Shown: piece by piece, positions 12,201 through 25,764 of the stretch
Layout of the letters: the number at the start of each line of letters is the position of its first letter
Position numbering within the stretch: position 1 is the first letter of the stretch
NCBI RefSeq assembly: GCF_037042905.1
Contig: NC_087250.1
Location: 21,578,001-21,642,000, forward strand
Direction: 5' to 3'
DNA: 64,000 nt
Origin: Lytechinus pictus
Lineage: Eukaryota
Position numbers and translations under genes: made by a program
Notes under the pieces: generated by a model
The model's input: the letters and a program-made list of their open reading frames with translations, nothing else
Told to the model about the DNA's origin: nothing
The model's database searches: none

Positions 12201-15200
12201 CATTATCATTTTTATTATTAATTATTATATCTAAAATGGTCATAATGATGGTGTTAATGATAATGATAATAAGAAGAACAATAATACTAATGTTACAAAA
12301 TTGCAATGGCTGCGCCAGGATTAAAATAACCAGTGGTGGAGCTGGTACGCCGTTCTTATGTGTAAGATGCATAAAAATAGCAATTGCCTGATGCTGTATG
12401 TATAAAAGAATAGCGAACAAATACTTTTGCTAGTAAGCTTAAGCGATTGCTAATCTCGCAAATTTCCATTTGCTTGACGCGTATGCTTATGCGTATGTTT
12501 ACGCATTTGCTTGGGCTTATTATAATCACTCGGACGGGCTGCGGGCTGACTGGCACTGAAACGTGGGATCTAACTCGGCTCGACTCACGTTAGCTTGCTC
12601 CATGCTACCGATGCACGTCGTGTCCGACCGCGGCCGGGTCCCACCTTGGGGCCATTGCATGCAGGCATGTCCGCATATGGGAATGACGATGTAATATCGA
12701 TGTGGCAGATATGGCAAGTTCCGACTCGGAGTCCTCGTATAAGACACAGTAGAAGTTCGGATCTATTCTAAGTTAGTTGAGCCACATGGCTGATTTGCTT
12801 GTTTGTTATGTTAAAACAGTAGTCGAGTACATTTTATTTAAGGCACTTGCCGGCCTAAAACGAACCTCCCTCGAATCTTAATTTCATTTTATTTTCCCAG
12901 CGTGTTTGTCCCATTGAAGACACCGTTAGAAAAAAAAAATCGCATCGAAATCCAAAATATCGCCAAAAATCCAAAACCCGAGTGATTTCGAACGCGACCC
13001 GAGTGGTTATCATAAGCCTTTGCTTGTGTGGTCAGTGCTCTGTCAGAGCAGCTTGAACGTTTGCTTGATCTGGGCTTTCGCGTTGTATAATCATGTTTAT
13101 ACATCTGAAATAGAACCCAAATGTGTACAGTAGCTTAGATTAACATGTTTTCTTCCAAGTAAGTGCAAAACGAATGCAAAGTTTATAAATTTATTAATAA
13201 GAAACAAGTTAAAGGAATAGTTTTTTATGTGTTTTATTGAATCAACGTAATAAAAAACATAAACAAAAAATAGCGATGACTTTAATAAACAATAATAATA
13301 ATAATAATAATCAACAACAAAAATAAAACATGACATTAACATAATGCATGCAAAAAACAACAACTTATATCCATGTAAAGATATACGAATACACATTACA
13401 ACCTAATATGATTACATCTTGAAATCTTGTCAACTTCTCTACGCTAAAAACCTAGCATGACATTGTTCTACAGACCATGACAAACGCAAAGTTTAATGAA
13501 CATAATTAAAATTCCCATTTTCTTAGGGCTTCCTTTCTTAACAATACTGTACTCCAGGTTATTATTATAGGCAGTGTAAGTTTATTGTAGCTTTCAAAAG
13601 ACGGTGATTTATTTTTGAATTCGCATGTATAAATATAATCAATGAAAGTCAGTGAGTGTAAATTGAGGAGGGCTGAACCATTCTTGGGGTCATTTGCAAA
13701 CAGTGGTCCAAATTTCCTGCACAAACAGACAGACCATATTGTGATATGGTAATTGCAGTTGGATGAACCCAGTTTTGGTGACCTTCGTCGGGAAAGAAAA
13801 ATATACTAGCAACATCTTAAAGTCACATGAAACTTCAAAAGCAATATGAGCATATTATTATTTTGCAGATTAAAAATATAATTGAGTGATCATAATATAC
13901 ATTTTCATTTCTGAAAATGAAAAACTAACTTGTTGGTCTTTTAGGCAATACTGTAATCCAGGTCCTTATTATTGACAATGTATGCTTTGTAATCTTCAAA
14001 GGATGTCACTTTACTTTGAAATTTGCATAGTAAATAAAATATTTAAGCAAAAGAAACAAATATGTAAGAAATTTATCGTTGTCAAAACCAAACTTTTTTT
14101 CAAAGACAGTAGGATCGAAAAAATGTTTTGTCATCTCTTTAAGAAGTTTAATAATCTCCTCCCAGACAGACTGAACCACAGGACACTAAAAACAAAAAAT
14201 AATTAAAGGATTAGTTTGACACGGCGTCTAAGGAAAAGATGTGACATGTGATTGAGAGAAGCAATATTTTACACTGCAACACTTCTACATTCGAGACCTA
14301 TAGCAGCCTTTGTTTTGTGAGTCTTGTTCACACAGACATGATGTTGTTCGAACCGTTTGCTCTCCAGCAATTGCTTCAAGCACAAGCAATAGCTAGCCAA
14401 GCAAAATATCATGCTTCAGCATGTGCTTTATTTCATATGCATAACCGTTTGTTTTTGATTGAAGCCTTTTCTTGCCTTCAGATAGCAATTGATTGCGGTT
14501 TGAACAATAGCGACGTCACACTCGTGCGAACACGACTCACACAAATAGTATCCCTAAATTAGACCCCAAAATAGCCAATCTGGAATAAAATTATTGGAAA
14601 TGGTTTTTCAACTGATTTGAGTAGGTATGGGTGTCAACATTTACCAAAAATTAAGTACCTAGAATGCACATTCACCTATAAAATTCAAGGTCAAAGCCTT
14701 TTAAAGGTGAATGACCCTTATTTACATTATATACCATACTGTATAATGGTATCTCTGAGATGATAAGGTAGAGGCTGGTGATCATGGTGTCAAAATGTAC
14801 AGATTCAGACAAGAAGATAAAATATAATAAATTCAGGTACCTAGAATGGACATTCACCAATAAAATTCAAGGTCAAAGCTTTCCAAAGGTCAATAAACTT
14901 TTTACATTATAGGTACCATACAGTATAATGGTATCTCTGAGATGAAAAGGCACAGGTTGGTGATCATGGTGTCAAAATGCACAGATTCTGACCAGAAGAT
15001 CAAATTAAATAAAATTAAGTACTTAGAATGCATATTCACCCATAAAATTTAAGGTCAAAGGTCAATGACCTTTTATACATTTATATACCATATTGTATAA
15101 TAGTATCTCGAAGATAAAACGGCGCAGGTTGGTGTTCTTGGTGTCAAAATACACAGATTCTTACAGGAAGATTAAATGAAATAAAATTAAGCATAGAGAA

Positions 15201-17441
15201 TGCACATTCTTCCTTAAATTTCAAGGACAAAGGTCAGTGTCCTTTTTAACGTAAGATAATGATCAGGGTATCTCTGGGATAAAACACCACAGGTTGGTGA
15301 TCTTGTTGCCAAAATGCGAAGATTTGTACAAAAAGATCAACCAACAATTTGTGATCAAAACTTGGAGGTTTCATAATTTCAGACTGAAATAATGAAGGTC
15401 ATTGAGAATGTATCTAGGGTCAGAGGTCAATGAACTCTTTCCAAAATATCAGTGGAAATTAAGTTTTAAAAAAAGTTGATAACCAAATAACACTTCTTCA
15501 TATATTGCGATGCATTGCCAAAAGTAATGAAAAAAAAAATGAAATCAAGTATGTAATTTGAAATGATTTTTATAGTAGCAGCATTTAATGCATCATGATA
15601 TCTAAATCAAGGTTGTCGTGTCTTTTTCTCTCCAGCGATAGGGCAGTCACCTCAATACTATAATAAATACTATAAACTATTAGCTTAATCTTCTGAAAAT
15701 TAATAGGATAGGTCTAACTCTCATGTCACAGCTAGCATCATCTGAGAGCATTTCTACACAGCAGAGGGAAGATGATGATGAAAATGAAATGAAGGCCATC
15801 ATTAGAGCTGCAGCTTCTGTCATAGTAAATGGCAGGTATCTCAACTTCAAGAAAGATGAATTCCCAATGATTCCCGTAATATTATTAATTACCTCTCATT
15901 GCAAGCTGCCAGAATCTCTCGAGATGCTAACGCTGCAGGACAAAACTTCATATCTGCTCTCTGCCGTTCGTCACCCATGATGCTATTTGGTCCAACACAA
16001 ATTAGGCATATGATAATGAAATTCAAAATGAGATAATAGCTTACAAGTACACATCCATCGACCTAAAAAAAACTCCTGCAGCTCCACTACCAGTTCTTGA
16101 GAATCAAGCTGTGCAACATATCAGTTATAGTATATAGATCTATCCTAGTTAATAATATAGATCCTGGTCTGATATCCCTTTTACAGAACGTTAAGCCTTC
16201 ATTAAATGTGCCAGATCAAAGTCCTGAAAATGTCAGAAGTTTTTCAAAGTTTGAATACTATTTGCTGAAGTTGAGACACTTAATTTCATTTACTATGATA
16301 AAAGCTGCAGCTCTAATGATGGCCTTATTTTAATTCTTCATCATTGTCCATGGCTATATGAAAATGATGCTTGCCATAATAGTGAGGCCTATCCTTTCCA
16401 TTTACAGATTAAGTTATGGTTTATAATATTGATTGTAGAATTTGAGGTTAGTGACCTATTGCTACAGAGAAATTAGTACCTTGATTTAGATTTATAAAAT
16501 GCATAGCTAAATGCTGCTACTTTAGACAACTTCACCATTTCAAATTAAATCAAACATGATTTTTTTTAACACTTTTGGCAATGCATTACTAAAATCTATA
16601 TCGAAAAGTGCTATTTGATCTCGATTTTACCTCGAACTTGTATTTTGACATCATCATTCGTCAAGGAATCAACTATTAAATTTGTGTTCATTTTATAATA
16701 ATAATAATCAGCTTTTATGTAGCGCTTAATACATCGAAACGACGTGTCTAAGCGCTTTACAGATATATTATTATTCCGGTCATCGGATTCAATCAGTTAT
16801 TCCCGCACACAATGTGTGCACATCCTCCACTCCCTGGGGAGTATTCCAGCCAGTCGCCGATGAGGCGCACACAGTACTGGACAAGCTTCAATGACTTTCA
16901 CATCATATTGGGTACCCATTTAGCGGTTCCATTACAATTGCTCCGCCGACAATTGCTACGCAAAATACGACAACTGCTCCGCCGACAATTGCTCCGGACA
17001 GTTGCTCCGCCGACAGTTGCTCCGTCGACACTTGCTCCGCCGATATTTGCTCTATCGACACTTGCTCCGCCGATATTTGCTCCGCCGATATTTGCTCCGC
17101 CGATATTTGCTCCGTCGACATCTGCTCCGCCGAAAATTGCTTCGCCGACAATTGCTCCGCCGATAGTTGCTCCGCCGACATCTGCTCCGATTATACGACA
17201 TTTGCTCCGCCGATAGTTGCTCCGCCGACATCTGCTCCGATTATACGACATTTGCTCCGCCGATAATTGCTCCGCCGACATCTGCTCCGCCGAAAATTGC
17301 TCCGCGACAATTTCTCCGCCGATATCTGCTCCGTCGACATCTGCTCCGTCAATATTTGCTCCGCCGACATCTGCTCCGCCGAAAATGGCTCCGCCGTAAA
17401 CTGCTCCGATAATGCTTGCATGATATATTACATGGCATACA

Positions 17442-17599
17442 CAGGGGCCGCGGAACGGTTTTCAAAGTGGGGGGCTGCATGAGTCTAAAGTGGGGGGCTG
17501 ACCATGCTAAAAATCGCAATCATATGGTCATTTTTACGTTTTTGTACACGGTTTTGGAAAAAAGTGGGGGACTGAAGCCCCACGGTTCCGCGGCTCCTG
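17442..17599. mobile_element. Short hAT-like MITE
   Basis: TIRs CAGGGGCCGCGGAACGG / CGGTTCCGCGGCTCCTG. No clean TSD. Confidence 0.6.
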
Positions 17600-18094
17600 A
17601 ATTCTGATACATGCATATAGAAAGAAATAGAAAAAAGGGGTAAGCACAAAGGAGGGATAGATATTTATTAATTCTTATTCATGGTGGGGGAGCATTTGTG
17701 TAAGTTTTATTACGTGCCTGGTGATTAGAATGAAAAAAAATACGCGTTTTCATGTAATTATTATAACAGTACAAAGAACTTAGATATACCCCATTCTTAG
17801 CGTCAAAATCGCTCTGGCGAAATATGCTCCGAAGTGGAGATATTTGCTCCAGGTGAAATTCAACGGTACCCCACCTTTTTTTGTCGAAAACCTGTACTGT
17901 AGTCACGCAAAATGTTTACTGTCGGTAAATTTTGTCCCACACAAACATGACCAAGACATTCAGTAATTAAAAATTAATATTCACGAAAATACCAACTTGT
18001 GAAACGCTACATGTCGTGTCACCTTCTCGCCACACCCCTCCAATTCCATATCCTCTCGTATACACAGTGCTCTGGTCTCCACATCCACATTTAA

Positions 18095-19160
18095 TTTCAT
18101 TTATTTAATTTTCAACAAAATATAAATCAAATAAATACAATCATAACAAGGCAACATCATAAAAAAATATACCAAGGTCATAAAATCAACTTGAAAAAGA
18201 CATGTTATAAGAAAGTTACATACAAAGTAATCATGTGTAAAGGATTTGTAATTTATAATTTGTGAAAATGGAGGATCCCACTTAAAAGCAAAGCTTGTAT
18301 ATTGTGGGGTCCTCAAAATATGACAAGCGAGAAATGAATTTATATATATAAATCAAAATATAAACCATGATTACCAACAGGAGACATCATTAAAAAAAAA
18401 TATAAAAAAATAACCAAAATATACGAAAATTACGCAAAAAACTCAGGAATGAGAAACAGTATAGAAAGAAAGCGGATGAATGAGAGAGAGAGAGAGAAAG
18501 AGAGAGGAAAGGGGGGGGGGTGAGGAATGAATGTGAGAACTGCATAATGAACTACAGGGAGAGGAGTGTAGACAAACAGAAGCAACGTAGCGCATGAGTG
18601 AAAAGGAACGGTGATTAAAGATAAAAATATGTGATGATGTATTTTTTAGACGTGATTTTAGGATTTCAGTAAGAAAGATTTCTTTTAAAAGTGTACAGAG
18701 AGGGGGAATTCTTTAAGTCGTTATGAAGGGAATTCCAAAATTTTGGGCCTTCATAAATGAAAGTATTTTTGGCTTTGAACGTCCTGAAAAGCGGTAAATG
18801 GAATTCATCTGATTGCCTAGTTGGGTATTTATGAATGCTCTCATTTTTATGAAATATGTCATAAAAACAATAGGTAAATCATTGATATTATATTGATACA
18901 TAAACTGACCTAGTTGAAATTAATATAAGTCCTTAATTTTAAAAAATCTTGTTTTCGAAAGAAAAATAATGAGAGCGTATTAGAGCATTGCAAATAATCC
19001 GGATAACCTTCTTTTGCAGTATAAAAATCTTTTCTATCAACGTTTGATGGGTATTACCCCAAATCAAGAGACCGCAATTCAGGTATGGCAAAATCAATGA
19101 CGAATAAAGCATAAATAATGAGGATTGTGGTAAAAGAAATTTCATTCTATTGATAACATC
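18095..19160 (-). mobile_element. 5'-truncated CR1/L2-group LINE (end of ORF2 plus 3' UTR)
   Basis: Minus-strand fragments LYSSLILPYLNCGLLIWGN...LQKKVIRII and MYQYNINDLP are typical of the C-terminus of CR1/L2 ORF2. Confidence 0.85.
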
Positions 19161-19917
19161 ATATTATATACACCATGTACACCGTAGGTTTTTAGATTAT
19201 GATAATATATAATAGTGAGTTGCTTTTTTGTTTTATGTGGATCATGATTGTTTTCTTCACTGATAGAAAAAGGATACTTAATTTTTTTTTTAATTAAAAA
19301 ATAAAATCCATATGGTCCGCCAATAGTCGAATTATATTCATTCTGATGTTATAATTTAAGTAACAATTTGTTGTTGATGGGGGATATATATAATTTTACA
19401 CGTAGTTTCAAAATAAAACAAATCAATCAAACAAGATTTTCTTCTATAAATGATATACCTTCATCTGTATGTGGCCGCCTAAGAAGAAAATGAACAAGAA
19501 AGAAAATGAAACGGAAAGGGTGAAATGGTATATTATTTTCTGAATATTAAGTCAAACTCTTTAAAAAAAAATCGATTTCTGTATTAAAAATGTCAAAAAA
19601 TTTGCTCGCTCGCTTCGCTCGCTCGCATCTTTTTGGAACTATTGTTCCATCAGCCATTTTTGGCTCATTATGCCACTGTGAGCGTCAGACCAGTAGGCCT
19701 ATAAATAATCCCAGCTTGCATATCGCGCTATTTAGTAAGATACGGAACATGATCGTGTTTTTTTTTTTAATATTCCGTTTTCATAACCTATGAAAAAAAA
19801 GTTTCAGCTTAGCTCCTCCATAATTTAATTGGCGAGATTCGTATCCTTTTGATTAATTTCTGGAACGGATATCAAAATATTTTGAAATATTAAAAAAATG
19901 AAAGGAAGGAGAATGAA

Positions 19918-20047
19918 ATATAATACAAATAATACAACTACTACTAATAACAATGATAATAATAATAATAATGAAAATAGTAATGGTAATAATAATAATA
20001 ATAATGATTATAATAATAATAATAACAATAATAATAATAATAATAGC
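19918..20047. repeat. (TAA)n microsatellite, probably the expanded tail of the adjacent SINE
   Basis: Read directly. Confidence 0.95.
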
Positions 20048-20356
20048 AATCATTTGGTTATCTATAATGCGCTTAAGACATGGTATGTATCTAAGCGCTT
20101 ACATATTTATCACCCCGGTCATCATTTTAATCAGCTATTCCCGCACACAACGTATGCACATCCTCCACTCCCTGGGGAGTAATCCAGCCTGTCATCGATT
20201 AGGCGCACATAATGCAGGATAGCACCTGGGTTGAGACTGGCAAAGTGTGGATTAACGACTTGCCAAAGGGTGCGACACCAAGGTGGGATTCGAAAACACG
20301 ACCGTTTAAGTACAAGCCAAGAGTTAGAACCGCTACACCACATCACGACGGTTCCA
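20048..20356 (-). mobile_element. tRNA-derived SINE, same family as 16695-22090, with an internal deletion
   Basis: It shares TCCCGCACACAA, CATCCTCCACTCCCTGGGGAGTA and TAGCACCTGGG..GGCAAAGTGTGGATTAACG with that copy and has a decayed B box. Confidence 0.85.
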
Positions 20357-22277
20357 CTTTAAACTTTAGTCTTTAGTTAGGACTAACCCTTTAAAAAAAA
20401 AAATCCGCTTTTAGCGGCTGATCGGCGAAAATGTGGATGAAAATGTTTTTTCCACCCGGCCCCCCAACCCTAGTGGCGAAAGCTTGGTCCACTCTTTAAA
20501 TATGTCTCAAGTTCACGATCACAAAATGTCCCTTTTCTGAAATATATCAAAAATATTCAATTAGCGCATTGCGCTCTCACTATGAAATATCTCCCCCCCC
20601 CCCCCGAGATATGCTTCAATGTTTACAATTTTCCAGGTCAATAACAGCTCGCGCTTTGTGCTCGCATTATAAATTCAGTTAAATGCGTATCGGGTTTCAT
20701 GAATTTGTAACTATATTATTACTGGTATATATATTATTGTCTTTTAAAAATAACATTATTTGTTTAGACGTAGTGAGAGAGATACATATATTCATTTATT
20801 AAAACATATTTATATTGTCGCTATTGCACAGAATAGAACAAAAATACAATCGAAGTCTAGTTTTATAGTAACTCACCAGTAGCGTAATGAGCCAACAACA
20901 ACAATTGGAGGGGGCCAGACAAGGATTACATTTATTTTCCTTTCCTTTATTTATTTTTTTCATTGGTAGGGAGAATGGGGGGGGGGGGATCAGAGACCCC
21001 TAGCACGCCCCTCCCCCATCTGTACGCCAGTGATGATCATACTTTCGTTTGGAACAAATTGAAAGAAAAAAGATGCAAGGATATAGATAAGGCCCAAGAT
21101 GTAAATAAAAATTATTGATAAAAATATCAATAATTATAATGCTGCTAAATATACAATAAATCAAGCGGTCATCAATGAAAATAAACAGCGTGAAAGAACA
21201 AAACGAGAAAGAGAGAGAGCCCGTGCGAATGTATGGTGTATAAGTTGCTGGAAAGCAGAAGAGATATTGTGTCCAGCATCCCCCCCCCCCCCCCAATTTC
21301 TCTCCCCGCTCAAGACCGGAGTGAAACCAATGATAATAATATATGAACAAAAATCCAGATTCACAATTTCAATGGGGAGTGTGTCATTCCCCTTCTCCGT
21401 AACAATTTGTCAAGTGGCAGCGGCAGGGAGAACGATTTGTTTTTTTAAAGCAGAAAGCTGTGATGATAGGGGGAGAATAAAATAAATAAAATATTAACGA
21501 ATAACAAGAAAAAAAAACCAACATAACAATTTGTATCAGGATGAATATCTTATCATTTCAAACATAGACCAACTTGGAGAAATAAGATGTTCATGCAATT
21601 GTCGTATAATCGAAGCAGATGTCGGCGGAGCAAATATCGGCGGAGCAATTGTCGGCGGAGCAGATGTCGACGGAGCAATTATCGGCGGAGCAATTGTCGT
21701 ATAATCGGAGCATTTGTCGGCGGAGTAATTTTCGGCGGAGCAGATGTCGACGGAGCAAATGTCGGCGGAGCAAATATCGATGGAGCAAATATCGGCGTAG
21801 CAGATATCGGCGGAGCAGATATCAGCGGAGCAAGTGTCGACGGAGCAACTGTCGGCGGAGCAACTGTCCGGAGCAATTGTCGGCGGAGCAGTTGTCGTAT
21901 TTTGCGTAGCAATTGTCGGCGGAGCAGATGTCGGCGGAGCAATTGTCGGGTCACCCATTTAGCACCTGGGTCGAGGGTGGCAAAGTGTGGATTAACGCCT
22001 TGCCAAAGGACGCCAGACCGCGATGGGATTCGAACACACGACCCTCTCTTTACAAGGCGAGAGTCTGAACCACTACACCACGGCTCCTCCATTTTCCATG
22101 CAGGTCAGTCTGTTTCCCATCAGAATCACTATATACATGCCACAATTAAGTTATCGACCTTTTTACTTAAATTCCCTGACGTTATTGACATGGTTGATTG
22201 ACCTCTAGCCTCTACATATATTTTTCATGGCCATTATTTATCCTTATTTCAGAGTGAAATTATTAAACATCCTTTAT

Positions 22278-22498
22278 CATGTTATGTTATGTTATACCGA
22301 GGTTTTTACCTGACTGCTAAGAAAGCACGAATGCCTGTGAGCAAGCAACCAGGGGACCGACGGCTTAAAGTCATCTCCGAGGGACCTGGTAATGAGGATA
22401 AATGCCTTACCAAAGGGCACTAGCGCACCACTTGGGAATCGAACCCGGGTCACCGGAATACGAAACCCCCGCTCTACCGACTGAGCTATCGCGCCTCC
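22278..22498 (-). mobile_element. tRNA-derived SINE (family shared with 62076-62271)
   Basis: The minus strand reads GGAGGCGCGATAGCTCAGTCGGTAGAGC...GGTTCGATTCCC (A and B boxes), followed by an unrelated body and a (CATAA)n tail. Confidence 0.9.
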
Positions 22499-23986
22499 AA
22501 GTTTTCATTACACATATTTACCTTTCTTTATATTATTTACATATAAAATGGATTAATTTCTTTTTGGGGGAATCATGCATGGATATATAAATATTTACTA
22601 TCTTTTGACCTTTGACTTTGGATATCAAAGGTGAAGGATTATTCTTTATGATTATTTTGTGCCTTTTTATCTTCTTGCAAAAATTGTTTTTTGACACCAA
22701 AATCACCAACATGCAGTGCTTTATCTTGGAGATACCATTAAACGATATATATAGCCTATGTAAAAAAGTCAATGACCTTTGACCTTGAACTTTATTGATT
22801 ATTATGCATTCTGGGTACTTAATCTAATTTCATTTGATCTTCCTGTATACCTCTGCATTTTGACACCAAGATCACCAAACTGCGTCTTTTCATCTCAGAG
22901 ATACCGTATATGGTATATAATGCGAAAAAGGTAATTGACCTTTGAAAGGCTTTAACCTTGAATTTCATTGGTGAATGATCATTGTACGTACTTGATTTTA
23001 TTTTATTTGATCTTCTTGTAAAAATATGTACATTTTGACAACAAGATCACCAATCTGTGCCTTTTCATCTCAGATATACCATTATACGTATATGTTATAT
23101 AATGTGAAAAGGGTCATTGACCTTTGAAAGGTTTTGACCTTGAATTTCATGGGTGAATGAGCATTGTAGGTACTTGCTTTTATTTTATTTGATCTTCTTG
23201 TAAGAATCTGTGCATTTTGACACCATGATCACCAACCTGTAATATTTTATCTGGGAGATACCATGATACAGAATATTTAAAAAGGTCATTGACCTTTAAC
23301 CTTGAAAAAAACTTTCCCCAACCCGTATTCCTCCTAACTTTGTTGGTAAATGTTGACACCAATATATTCTCAAATCAGTCAAAAAACCATTTCCAATAAT
23401 TTTATTCCAGATGGTTACTAATTACGGGATACTCAAAATGCAGGGCTCAAACACAACGGTTTGACAGAGCAAATTACCGCTTCTTTCCTATAACATCTCT
23501 TCCTCAGACGTGGTGTCAAACTAACTTGTTTCTTTTTGATAAATTTATATATTTGGCATTTGATTTGCACTTTTTAGATTTATTAGGAAGAAAAATTGTA
23601 CATGTAGGCTACTGTACACCTTGGGGTTCTCACTTGCATAAAAATGACAAAAAAATCGCAAACGCCCTGATCAAGTAAACGCTCAAGCTGCTCTGACGGA
23701 GCTTGAAAAAAAACGCACGAGCGAAATGTTCCCTTTATGCATAAAATTTTTAGCAATGACTTAATCGTGAAGCAAATGCTAGCAGGCAGTTAGTCATTGC
23801 TTGAGCTTACTAGCAAAATCATTTGCTTGCTCATTTTTATACATACAGAATCAAGCAAAAGCCTAGCAAAAGCAATTGCTACTTTATATGCATCTGACCC
23901 ATTGTCCCCTTGTGTAAATGTTTTATGAACAAAACAATAGTATTGATTGATTGCAGTTACATTGTTGCATTCTCTGTTTCTCGCAG

Positions 23987-24015
23987 TGGGTTCACGTGGT
24001 AACCACCTAAACTGG
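23987..24015 (+). pseudogene. Candidate 29-nt micro-exon of a decayed gene
   Basis: Pyrimidine-rich acceptor TTCTCTGTTTCTCGCAG and donor GTATGA. The paralogous copy at 28953-28981 has lost both splice dinucleotides. Confidence 0.35.
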
Positions 24016-24054
24016 GTATGATTTGTTTTTAGACAAGCTAAACGGAATTATTAA

Positions 24055-24691
24055 AGGGAACTCAATTTAAGAACGGGGGGGGGGGGACTAAAGATAGGCT
24101 CATATAAACGATCAAAATTACAATTTCATTTTGTTTTCATTGTCAGACGAAAGCTTACAAATCATATTCTTTTTTTCTTATCTCACTTATGCTGTATATA
24201 TATATAAAGTGTAGGTAATGTTTTATATAAATGACTTCAGCACTTTGATCTGATCAATCAAGTGGATATATATTTTTTTTATTTAACCTCAGCTGACTAC
24301 ATACTTATGTGAACCAAATCGATAGTTTAGTAAAACAATATTTCGAAATGTAATAAACTTTATATTGTCTATACGATCCTATTTGAGGAAAGGCTGAATA
24401 TTCTAATGAAATTAATTTCAGACATAATTATGATAGAATATTTAAACAGAATGGGGGCATGACTTATATGATAGCAACTACAATTTTGCACACGAAGTGC
24501 AAATCTGACGACCCAGCCGTGGTGGCGAAAACTTTCCACTAACACGATGTACAGCACAATTAGAATGAGTGATCTCGATATTTAAATGCGCATTACTTTC
24601 CCATTACTTGTCAAGCTTATTAAAGCTTTCGTTGATCTTATTTTGTTTCTGTTTTTTAAGAGCTAACTTGCTATAAGGGTTTCATTCACCT
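24055..24691. mobile_element. Old Kolobok-like MITE (paralogue of 29021-29814)
   Basis: TTAA|AGGG... and ...TTCATTCACCT termini. The internal sequence aligns with 29021-29814. Confidence 0.55.
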
Positions 24692-25764
24692 TAAAAACCC
24701 ACGTTTCCACTAAGGCCACGACAGCGCCAGGACAATGCGCGGAATGCAGCATTTGCAACCCACGTCCCTACCGCAACCTGTCCGGCTGTCCGGACATTCC
24801 AAGGGGTGTCTGCGCGCTGTCCTTAACCCTTCATAAGGTTCGGGACATCAACATTTGTCCGCATCCGAATTTAGTCGAGAGTAAAATTCGGACACGGAAA
24901 GTGAATTCCTGACACATTCGGGACCTTGTCCTGACGATGTCCCGATGATGTCCCACCCTTTCTAAACCCTTCCTCGTCTTCCGCAAACCCTCCGAAACCC
25001 ATCCCCAATCAGGACAGCTTCAGGAAGCAGAGAAGCCAAGGGTTCAGGAACTTTCAGGAACGTGCAGACTGGAATAAGAAGGCAAGCGGAGTGATTCGTG
25101 AACACGCAGACAGGAATGAGAAGTCAAGCGGAACGTATCAGGAATGTGTGGATCCAATGCTAATATGTATGGAACGGGTACACAAGCAACAAAAGCCATT
25201 TGTGGTCAGTGCGCGAGAGTGGGGCAACGGGACATAATACAAGACAACAGCATCGCAAAACGTAGCGAAGAACAGGGTCAAGGTGCCTCATTAATATATC
25301 ACTAAACAAACCAGAAACTGAATATTTCAAGCAGTGTTTTAAACAAATATCTCGCGTGCGCGAAGCGCGAGCTGATTTTTTCCTCTTGGGGGATAAGGGG
25401 GCTACAGACTTTAATGATGAACATTTCAAGGACCATCTAACTGGACAGAACATGCCAACGCGAAGCGCGTACTGGAATTTTATACTGATCCGAAAAGTGG
25501 ACATTTCAAATATTAATGCGCGCAGATTTTTTTGTTTACCGAAAAAAGATGTTTCAAGCAACGTTTTAATTATGAAGTAGATTATTTCAATTCAGGAGAT
25601 CGCACCTCAAGTAGGTTGCGTGAAACTCCGAGTTGCAATTAAATTTGATGAACCTCCAGTCAACCTTGTGAACTTATATTTATTTATTATTCAAAGCTCT
25701 TCCTGTGAAGGACATCAAGCACTCTATACAAGGATAGCATTTTCGAAGAATATATGTATATATA

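Larger units (their letters stand above)
16925..21952. mobile_element. Foldback/Mutator-like element with inverted arms built from 15-bp tandem repeats
   Basis: A (TGCTCCGCCGACAAT)-type array at 16930-17410 has its inverse at 21595-21950. The flanking direct repeat of 9-11 bp is ACCCATTTAGC at 16914-16924 and 21953-21963. Confidence 0.85.
16695..22090 (-). mobile_element. tRNA-derived SINE split in two (tail/body 16695-16924, head 21953-22090) by a foldback element
   Basis: The head has A box TGGTGTAGTGG and B box GTTCGAATC on the minus strand, with an (ATT)n tail at 16695-16708. The halves rejoin across duplicated ACCCATTTAGC. A related copy lies at 20048-20356. Confidence 0.85.
14546..23434. 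mobile_element. Academ-like foldback element (~3 kb palindrome once inserts are removed) with ~165-180-bp subrepeats in both arms
   Basis: Termini are TAGTATCCC...GGGATACT(C), flanked by AAA/AAA. The left arm (14546-~16050) is inverted relative to 16050-16640 + 22150-22272 + 22500-23434. The centre has a transposase-like remnant (EMKAIIRAAASVI...DEFP...KLPESL). The superfamily call rests on the TAG terminus and 3-bp TSD and is inference. Confidence 0.65.
12360..23900. mobile_element. PIF/Harbinger-like non-autonomous palindromic element, expanded to 11.5 kb by nested insertions
   Basis: The left end G(T)GTAAGATGCATAAAAATAGCAATTGC... is the inverse of the right end ...GCAATTGCTACTTTATATGCATCTGACCC. 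Internal inverted matches are 13020-13150 vs 23600-23720 and 14211-14242 vs 23490-23524. A compact copy of the same family lies at 31163-31809. Confidence 0.75.

Noticed and set aside
11952..12420. Poly-Ser/Val/Ile/Asn ORFs (also 19853-20222, 28587-28968, 29983-30216)
   Set aside because: These are microsatellite translations.
16812..17482. ORFs with repeats SAEQL, APPTI and LLRRH (also at 21536-22201)
   Set aside because: These are translations of a 15-bp tandem DNA repeat that is open in most frames on both strands. They belong to the foldback arms and are not pentapeptide-repeat genes.
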